DNA from: Candidatus Heimdallarchaeota archaeon
GTDB lineage: Archaea; Asgardarchaeota; Heimdallarchaeia; JABLTI01
Assembly: GCA_019056785.1 (NCBI GenBank)
Contig: DXJV01000030.1
Coordinates: 1 to 56,840 of the forward strand
DNA length: 56,840 nucleotides
Direction: 5' to 3'
Part shown: one piece after another, positions 49,804 through 56,840 of the stretch
Layout: each line of letters begins with the position of its first letter
Position numbering within the stretch: the first letter of the stretch is position 1
The notes under the pieces: model-generated
Database searches by the model: none
Told to the model about the DNA's origin: nothing
The model's input: the letters and a program-made list of their open reading frames with translations, nothing else
Translations under genes and position numbers: made by a program

Positions 49804-49888
49804 CCCAAAGCTAACTTTTTCTTTTTACCTTTTCTCCAAAAGGTTTTAGAATAGCTTTTTTAGACTTTCTACGTGGAGATTGTAGAAA

Positions 49889-50827
49889 ATGCTGCAAACA
49901 AAGCTCGGTGTGATTCAATTAGAAAATCCTTTTATTCTTGCTTCGGGAGTGTTGGGGGTTAATGCTGCATTAATGCTTCGTATAGCAAATGCAGGTGCCG
50001 GAGCTATAACAACAAAGTCAATTGGGCTAGAACCTCGCGAGGGCTATAATAATCCAACAGTTGTTGAATTAGGAGGAGGGAATATTCTTAACGCTATGGG
50101 ACTACCCAACCCCGGCAGTAAAGATTTTGTGGAGGAGATCAAGGAATTCAAAAAGCAATCTGTAAAACCAATTTTTGCCAGCATATTTGGAAAGGATTGC
50201 CAAGAATTTTGTGAAGTTGCTAGAATTATCAATAAAGCACAACCATCCGCTTTTGAATTAAATATCTCCTGCCCTCATGGTGGAAAATATGGAGCTATCA
50301 TTGGGCAAGACAGTGCTCTTGTCGAAGAGATCACTCGAGAAGTAAAGCAAATCACTAAGAAACCTGTTTTTGTTAAGATTTCTCCAAATCTCACCGACTT
50401 GAGTGTTCCAGCAGAGGCAGCCTTAGCTGGAGGAGCAGATGGCATTGTTCTTATTAATACACTTCGAGCGATGGCAATTGATATCACTTATCGAATGCCT
50501 ATTTTAGCCAATAAATTTGGCGGGCTTTCTGGGCCGTGTATTAAACCTGTTGCTTTGAAATGCGTTTTCGATTTGTATGCTAAATTCGGGAAAAAAGTGC
50601 CAATTATTGGAGTAGGGGGGATTTCTTCGTGGCAAGATGTTATTGAGTTCTTTCTTGCAGGAGCATCAGCAGTACAAATTGGCACAGCATTAGCTTATTA
50701 TGGTAATGTAGAACAGATAAATCTCTTTTCTGATTTTGCAGAGAAGATAAAGACTTACTTGAAGCAAGAAGGTTTTACATCCATAACTGAATTAATAGGA
50801 TTGGCACATGAAAACTCGGAGATGTAA
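49889..50827 (+). CDS. pyrD: dihydroorotate dehydrogenase B, catalytic subunit
   Basis: NAMGLPNPG, ELNISCPH, KISPN, INT, GGLSG, IGVGGI. Confidence 0.96.
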   Translation: MLQTKLGVIQLENPFILASGVLGVNAALMLRIANAGAGAITTKSIGLEPREGYNNPTVVELGGGNILNAMGLPNPGSKDFVEEIKEFKKQSVKPIFASIFGKDCQEFCEVARIINKAQPSAFELNISCPHGGKYGAIIGQDSALVEEITREVKQITKKPVFVKISPNLTDLSVPAEAALAGGADGIVLINTLRAMAIDITYRMPILANKFGGLSGPCIKPVALKCVFDLYAKFGKKVPIIGVGGISSWQDVIEFFLAGASAVQIGTALAYYGNVEQINLFSDFAEKIKTYLKQEGFTSITELIGLAHENSEM

Positions 50828-50830
50828 AAA

Positions 50831-51685
50831 ATGACTGTCACAAAGTATGGTAAATTAACAGTTGTTCCTATTGAGAAAATTGTTATGGAAACACCAGCAT
50901 CTGCAACAACGCCGGTAAAATCTATTGTCGTAAAAATTCCAGAAATGGCCCAAAAAGCCCTCCCCGGGCAATTTGTCATGCTATGGTTATTGGGTAATGA
51001 TGAAAAACCCATGGGAATTGCTTCTTCTGATCCAATAAATGGCAAGTTAACCTTTGCCATCGCAAGAATAGGCAAAACCACGAAAGCACTTCATCAATTG
51101 AAAGAGGGGGCATTAATTGGTGTTCGAGGCCCTTATGGAAAGAGCTTTAGTTTAAAGGGGAAAAGAATTGCCATTATTGGAGGAGGGACAGGAATTGCCC
51201 CAACGAAATTTCTCGCAGAAAAAGCGATAGAAGAAGGACTCGAGGTCACTCTGGTTCATGGTGCAAAGTCCAAAAAGGAACTTGCTTTTCGCTCTTATTT
51301 TGAAGCATTAGCCCAAAAGAAGTCGCTTTTTCACTATTTTCCAACCACAGATGATGGCAGTTATGGTTTTAAGGGCTTCGCAACAGATGGTTTGCAACAT
51401 CTCTACCAGAACAACCCTAATTGGGATTATTTATACACTTGCGGTCCTGAACGAATGATGTATAAAGTATTTCAGTTAGCAACAACTTGGAGTCTCCCCT
51501 TAGAAGCCAGTCTTGCAGACAGATATTTCAAATGTGCCATTGGTCTTTGTGGGCAATGTTCACTTGACCCGCTTGGGATCAGGCTTTGTATTGAAGGACC
51601 AGTTCTTCCGAAAGAAACTTTAGCAAAATTAACTGATTTCGGGAAATACGGCCGAGATAAATATGGGAAAAAATATCCTTTGTAA
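50831..51685 (+). CDS. pyrK: dihydroorotate dehydrogenase electron transfer subunit
   Basis: PGQFVM, RGPYG, GGGTGIAP, CGPE, CAIGLCGQC..C.EGP [2Fe-2S] motif. Confidence 0.95.
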   Translation: MTVTKYGKLTVVPIEKIVMETPASATTPVKSIVVKIPEMAQKALPGQFVMLWLLGNDEKPMGIASSDPINGKLTFAIARIGKTTKALHQLKEGALIGVRGPYGKSFSLKGKRIAIIGGGTGIAPTKFLAEKAIEEGLEVTLVHGAKSKKELAFRSYFEALAQKKSLFHYFPTTDDGSYGFKGFATDGLQHLYQNNPNWDYLYTCGPERMMYKVFQLATTWSLPLEASLADRYFKCAIGLCGQCSLDPLGIRLCIEGPVLPKETLAKLTDFGKYGRDKYGKKYPL

Positions 51686-51741
51686 GAGAAAAAAAAGAAA
51701 AAATGCAAGAAAGCAGTTTAGGCGATTAGCTTTGCCTTGAA

Positions 51742-53646
51742 TTACTTCTCATCTTCATCTTCAACTTCATACTCGACATCAACAATGTGTTCTTCTTCGG
51801 GTTTTGCTTTTGTTCCAGGAGGTGTGAATGTTGGACCACCGGCTCCACCCTGAGCAAATTGGCTGGGATCAAATCCTGCAGCGCCAGCTTGGCCACCGGC
51901 TTGCTGATAAAGTTTTGCAGAAAGCTTCTGCACCTCCTCCAACAAAGCATCTTTCTTCTTCCGAATGTCGTCATAGTTATCAGTTGTGAGAGCTTGTTTC
52001 AATTCCTCTTGTAATGACTTGATGGGCTTCACATCATCTTCCGAGAATTTATCTTTGTTATCTTTGAGCAATTTATCGACAGTATAGACGAGCTGGTCAG
52101 CATCATTTTTCAGTTGCACTTGTTCAAGCCGTTTCTTGTCCTCCTCTTCGTATTTTCTCGCGTCTTCAACCATTCGTTCGATGTCTTTCTCTGTAATGCC
52201 TGTTGGCGAGGTTACTGTTATCTCTTGTTCGTTTCCGGTTCCAAGATCTTTTGCCCGCACATGTACAATACCATCTACATCTATATCGAATGTGACCTCT
52301 ATTTTTGGCACGCCTCGAGGAGCAGGGGGAATGCCAACGAGTTGAAAACGTCCCAAGGTTGTATTATCTTTTGCAAACTTTCGCTCGCCTTGTAAGACAT
52401 GGATTTCAACAGAAGGCTGATTGTCTGTTGCTGTCGAGTAAATCTTACTTTTGCTTGTAGGAATAGTTGTATTTCGTTCCACTAATGGGTCAAAAATTCC
52501 TCCAAGTGTTTCGATGCCGAGCGTCAAAGGAGTGACGTCTAACAAAAGAACATCTTTCACATCGCCTTTTATGACTCCAGCCTGTACAGCAGCACCAATG
52601 GCGACACATTCATCGGGATTAATTCCTTTATAGATTTTCGATTCACCAAACATCTTACTGATGGCTTCTCGTACTGCAGGCATCCGAGTCGCGCCACCGA
52701 CAAGAAGAACTTTGTCAATATCTTTTGGCTCTTTTTTCGCGTCTCTTAAGGCTTGTTTGGTTGGTCCCATGCACTTTTCTACCAAATCTTCGGTCATACG
52801 CTGGAATTGCACACGCGTTAATTCGTAGTTGATGTTTTTCGGTTGGCCATCTTTGCCAACAGTAATATAAGGAATATCAACAAAAGCTCTTTGCTTGGTA
52901 GAAAGCTCGATTTTTGCTTTCTCGGAAGCTTCTTTTATTCGTTGCATTGCCGTTTTATCTTTACTAAGGTCGATTCCTTCCCCTTTTTTAAATTTATCAA
53001 CAACCCAATTCATGATCCGCTCATCGAAGTCGTCTCCCCCCAGATAATTATTACCACTGGTGGCTTTAACTTCAAACATGGAATCACCATCAACATTATA
53101 GGTTTCAAGAATAGAGACATCAAATGTCCCACCACCAAGATCAAAGACCAAGACGGTTTCTTCCCTATCCTTTCCAACACCATAAGCCAGGCAAGCCGCT
53201 GTGGGTTCATTAATAATTCGAAGAACTTCTAAGCCGGCAATTTTCCCGGCATCTTTTGTTGCCTGTCTTTGGCTATCTGTAAAGTATGCCGGACAAGTAA
53301 TTACTGCCTGTTTAATTTCTTCTCCCAAAAAGTCCTCAGCATCTTTCTTCAATTTTCGTAGAATCATCGCTGAGATCTCTTGGGGCGTGTATTCTTTCTT
53401 ATCGATTTTCACTTTATAGGTGGTGCCCATCTTTCTTTTTATCGAACGAATTGTTCGCTCAGGTTTTGAGATCGCTTGTCGTTTAGCAATCTCACCTACA
53501 ATGATTTCACCATCTTCTGTAATAGTCACAACAGAAGGAGTGATTCTGCCGCCCTCGGCATTTGTTATGATGGTTGGTGTACCACCTTCCATATATGCTA
53601 TCGCAGAATTTGTTGTTCCTAAATCAATTCCAACAACTTTTGCCAT
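51742..53646 (-). CDS. dnaK: molecular chaperone DnaK (Hsp70)
   Basis: [52 protein letters not shown]. Confidence 0.99.
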   Translation of the reverse strand: MAKVVGIDLGTTNSAIAYMEGGTPTIITNAEGGRITPSVVTITEDGEIIVGEIAKRQAISKPERTIRSIKRKMGTTYKVKIDKKEYTPQEISAMILRKLKKDAEDFLGEEIKQAVITCPAYFTDSQRQATKDAGKIAGLEVLRIINEPTAACLAYGVGKDREETVLVFDLGGGTFDVSILETYNVDGDSMFEVKATSGNNYLGGDDFDERIMNWVVDKFKKGEGIDLSKDKTAMQRIKEASEKAKIELSTKQRAFVDIPYITVGKDGQPKNINYELTRVQFQRMTEDLVEKCMGPTKQALRDAKKEPKDIDKVLLVGGATRMPAVREAISKMFGESKIYKGINPDECVAIGAAVQAGVIKGDVKDVLLLDVTPLTLGIETLGGIFDPLVERNTTIPTSKSKIYSTATDNQPSVEIHVLQGERKFAKDNTTLGRFQLVGIPPAPRGVPKIEVTFDIDVDGIVHVRAKDLGTGNEQEITVTSPTGITEKDIERMVEDARKYEEEDKKRLEQVQLKNDADQLVYTVDKLLKDNKDKFSEDDVKPIKSLQEELKQALTTDNYDDIRKKKDALLEEVQKLSAKLYQQAGGQAGAAGFDPSQFAQGGAGGPTFTPPGTKAKPEEEHIVDVEYEVEDEDEK

Positions 53647-53695
53647 GTTTCTTCACCTTCTTTTTGTTTTTGGAAGAATAATCATCACTATTTTT

Positions 53696-54457
53696 CTATG
53701 TTTCATTTTGTTCTTGGCTGCTTTCTGGAGCAGTTTCAGCAGAAACCATGATTTTTGCAGCACGCAATACACGGTCATTAAGCATATATCCTCGTTCTAT
53801 TGTTTTTACAACCTTATCTGGTTCGAAACGACCAGAACGGTCTGTCACGATTGCTTCATGAAAGCGCGGGTCGAATTTCTCGCCTTCCACAGGATTAATG
53901 ATCTTTACACCCTCATCTTCGAGAATGCGGCTCAATTTCTGATAAATGATCGTTAATCCCTCTAAAGGCACGGTATCATGATTGTTTTTCTGAGCAAATT
54001 TAATCGCCCGGTCAATATCTTCAATGGGTTCGAAGATTTTGGAGATGATCTTTTCAGAAGAGAATCGAACATTTGTTTCTGCTTGTTTTTGAGCTCTCTT
54101 TTTATAGTTTTCAAAGTCTGCCTTGAATCTTTGAAGCAGTGCCAGATAGTCATCTCGTTCTTTCTCAGCGTTTTTTACAGCCTCTAATAATTGAGCGTTT
54201 TGTTCAATAATGTCTTTGAATTTGAAGTCTTTCGCTTTCTTGTCGAACTTTGTAATTAATTCTTTGAGCTCTTTGCGTTCTTCCACTTTTGCCAGCGTTT
54301 CTTCCACAACTGCCAATAGTTTTTCCTGTTGCTTTTGTACTTCATCGCTCTCTCCTTTCGTAGGAGGTTCTGTAACAGCTTCTTTTTCTTTATTCTCTTT
54401 ATTGTTTGCTTTTGTCAATGCTTTTTCTCCTGCTTTTTTTCTTCCCATCGTTTCCAC
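53696..54457 (-). CDS. grpE: nucleotide exchange factor GrpE
   Basis: ADFENYKKR, FDPRFHEA, GYMLNDRVLRAA; directly upstream of dnaK. Start may be ATG 54448. Confidence 0.96.
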   Translation of the reverse strand: METMGRKKAGEKALTKANNKENKEKEAVTEPPTKGESDEVQKQQEKLLAVVEETLAKVEERKELKELITKFDKKAKDFKFKDIIEQNAQLLEAVKNAEKERDDYLALLQRFKADFENYKKRAQKQAETNVRFSSEKIISKIFEPIEDIDRAIKFAQKNNHDTVPLEGLTIIYQKLSRILEDEGVKIINPVEGEKFDPRFHEAIVTDRSGRFEPDKVVKTIERGYMLNDRVLRAAKIMVSAETAPESSQEQNET

Positions 54458-54688
54458 AACCGTTTTTTAATTTTATCTTTCACGAGGAAATAAAAGCTTA
54501 AACACTCTTTTTAATAGCCAAATTTCTTTTGGTAAAATAAATGTTTTAAATATTACTATTTATGTGAATAATTATCCTCTCAGTGAGCAATTCTGAAAAA
54601 AACAATTAAGAATTCAGGAAAGGATAACTCCAAGTAGAGGGAAACCAAAGAGTGACATAGTAAAAATCGAATTTTAGATTCACAGCAT

Positions 54689-55666
54689 TTAAGCTAACTT
54701 TGGCATGTCCTCAGACGAGAATTTGTATTTTGACGCAATTATCTCTAAGGCTTTCTTTGTGAAATATTCAAGATCGTTTAAAGAGGCGTATAAACCAAAA
54801 TTTACGTGACCGTGTTCATCAAATACACAAAGGAAATATCCTGCTGTGTCTGTTTCCGTTGCCAAAGAGTTTTTTTCAGCAGACACAAAAAGTATTGGTT
54901 CTTGTTTTCCTTGCTCGTAAAGAAAAAGAACAAATTCATATTGAATGCGACCCGAAGTAATAATATCTCCAACAACGATTGCCTCATAAGAACCAAATTT
55001 TAAGGTTTTTTTCGAAGTAGCACTTACAATTTTTGGAATGTAAAGATTGATGCCTAACAGTTGGTAAAGTAATTGAAGTAAAATTGTGGAGAAAGGGTTG
55101 AAATCCAGCGCTTTTCTCAAGACATATTCAGCTTCTGCTGTTTTTTTGTTTTCACTTAATAATAATGCCAAATTGTATGCAGTGCGAGATTGAGAAGGAT
55201 CAATATTAAACGATGTTCGATAAGCATTTATTGCTTCCTCTTTGGCACCAAGTTCATAATAAACTCTTCTAAGATAATTCAAAGCAACGGAGTCTTGAGG
55301 ATTAATTTTAAGGAGCTCTTCAAAGACTTCTTTTGCACCTTGAAGATCATTTCGCTGCCCAAGTAAGAGACCCAAATTAAACCAGGCATTAATGAAATCT
55401 GGTCGAATTTTGATAGCTTCGCGATAAGCTTGTTCGGCTTCAACAAGATCCTTTTTACCACTTAATGCCAAGGCAAGTTGAAACCAACTAAAAGAATTCT
55501 TAGGTGCAAGTTCAAGAGCTTTTCTTGCTGCCTTTTCTGCTTCAACAAAATTCTTTCTTCGTAAGAAAAAACTACCCAGATCAATCCATGAATCCAAATC
55601 CTCCGGGTTTTCCTTAACACGATTCTTAAGAATCTCTCCTGTATCTGTATTTTGACTCAATTTCAC
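54689..55666 (-). CDS. TPR repeat protein with C-terminal alpha/beta domain
   Basis: About 5 TPRs (W..LG..A..A...AL.L.P) followed by a beta-rich domain. Confidence 0.88.
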   Translation of the reverse strand: MKLSQNTDTGEILKNRVKENPEDLDSWIDLGSFFLRRKNFVEAEKAARKALELAPKNSFSWFQLALALSGKKDLVEAEQAYREAIKIRPDFINAWFNLGLLLGQRNDLQGAKEVFEELLKINPQDSVALNYLRRVYYELGAKEEAINAYRTSFNIDPSQSRTAYNLALLLSENKKTAEAEYVLRKALDFNPFSTILLQLLYQLLGINLYIPKIVSATSKKTLKFGSYEAIVVGDIITSGRIQYEFVLFLYEQGKQEPILFVSAEKNSLATETDTAGYFLCVFDEHGHVNFGLYASLNDLEYFTKKALEIIASKYKFSSEDMPKLA

Positions 55667-56098
55667 TGCACTACCTTTTATTTATCCGTTCAATATTGTT
55701 TCTTAAAGATATTTATTCAACCCTATTACGATTTAGTAGATAAAGACATGAGATGTTCAAGTAGTTCTTGGAGAAAAAGCAACCAATTGTTATTGAGAAT
55801 TCACCTGTTTTTTATCCTTCCTTCTTTTTGTATTCATCAGCTAATGTTGCTTTTCGTTTCTTTTTGATATAGTTAACTATTACCCACAAATACCTTAGGC
55901 ATTTCAATCCCAACAGATAATTTGACTTTGTTAATAGTATACTCTATATATCTCAGTCAAAAGTTTGCAAATTAGTGAGAAGAAACCTTATTAAGTCACA
56001 ATTAACTTTAAATAGTTAGCTTCTTATGCCAGAGGTTGCAAGCACTACTTCTTGGTGTAAGAAGAAGAACAATATCAATGTGTGTATGGCGAGATCTG

Positions 56099-56840
56099 AT
56101 GGGAGTAAGCTATAGATATGCCAAGAATGTTGCTAAAACCGGCACGAAACTCTTGATAGGGTTATTGGTTTTTGACACTGCCTATACTTTAATTCGCTAT
56201 ATTCTCTACAAAGTGAAATATCATAACGTTCTACCGGAACAATATCTCATCATTGAGCGGATAATCACGAACACTATTTTTACGGTGTTCATAGGTGTTC
56301 TTGCTGCAGGGATGCTCATGTTAGGTTTGTATTATTTCAAGGTATCAAAATGGGGTTTCATTGCTGCAACCACACTTGTGGTTGAGATTGGAATTAAGAT
56401 TGCCTTTATTTTTTACCAATTCAGTCTCCTTTTAATTGGAACGAATCAAGCTTTTATTGAGCAAATCACCGAAATTTTTCAATTGTCAACAGCACTCTTA
56501 TTCATTTTTACTTTTATATTAAATGACTTTTTCCAACGAAAACTCAAAAAACGTGTTGCTATTGGCTATGGAAAAAGCATGCTTCCGTATGTCTATGGTC
56601 TTTTCGCTCTAATTTATCCTATCACTAACATTCTTAACCTTCTGGAAATCGACTACCTAACGAAACCTGTAGGATTCGCGTTTATGCATCTTTTTTCTTA
56701 CTTTGCAGCTATCTTAGGGATCATCCTCTTCTTTGACCTCTTACGACGTTTCGACCATTTCCAAACACTTCCTGAACAAAGCGAGGAAGAAATAATTGAA
56801 TTAAAAGTCATTCGTGAGGTACGAGAAGAACGAAAAACAG
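56099..56840 (+). CDS. multi-pass membrane protein, partial (runs off window end)
   Basis: Frame spot-translated at both ends (MGVSYRYAKNVAK.. at 56099; ..QSEEEIIELKVIREVREERKT at the end, same frame) with several hydrophobic helices. Absent from the ORF track, consistent with no stop inside the window. Confidence 0.75.
   Translation, partial: MGVSYRYAKNVAKTGTKLLIGLLVFDTAYTLIRYILYKVKYHNVLPEQYLIIERIITNTIFTVFIGVLAAGMLMLGLYYFKVSKWGFIAATTLVVEIGIKIAFIFYQFSLLLIGTNQAFIEQITEIFQLSTALLFIFTFILNDFFQRKLKKRVAIGYGKSMLPYVYGLFALIYPITNILNLLEIDYLTKPVGFAFMHLFSYFAAILGIILFFDLLRRFDHFQTLPEQSEEEIIELKVIREVREERKT

Noticed and set aside
51726-54470. Alternative-frame and antisense ORFs over dnaK/grpE (e.g. 53420..53956)
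   Set aside because: Shadow ORFs of conserved genes.

Overview
Archaeal chromosomal window, most likely from an Asgard archaeon (probably Heimdallarchaeia-like). The assignment is inferred from a divergent archaeal 16S rRNA and a high density of eukaryotic-signature-like proteins. It opens with the 5' ~840 nt of a 16S rRNA gene (minus strand) and its leader. Next come a decaying tandem duplication of a convergent gene pair and an AT-rich five-gene operon (two unknowns, MoxR AAA+, vWA, WD40). The rest is mostly housekeeping: hydantoinase/oxoprolinase A/B, homocysteine methyltransferase domain, PAC2, HD hydrolase, ThiF-family E1, beta-CASP nuclease, GHMP kinase, PRTase, cgi121, THUMP, signal peptidase, larE/larB, pyrD/pyrK, dnaK/grpE. 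Main candidate for a new system: a UFMylation-like neighbourhood, with a membrane-anchored protein carrying two tandem UFM1-like domains near an E1 and PAC2, plus a 2308-aa SNAP/TPR solenoid ending in UFL1/PCI-like winged helices. Other highlights: a PAS-thioredoxin(CxxC)-PAS histidine-kinase-like sensor lacking the phospho-acceptor His, an NPRL2-like longin/winged-helix protein, a longin + twin 7TM operon, a PIG-B-like mannosyltransferase and a GG-ending ubiquitin-like protein. All homology calls are by-eye motif comparisons to sequences recalled from memory; no searches were run. No CRISPR array, tRNA or transposase was seen.
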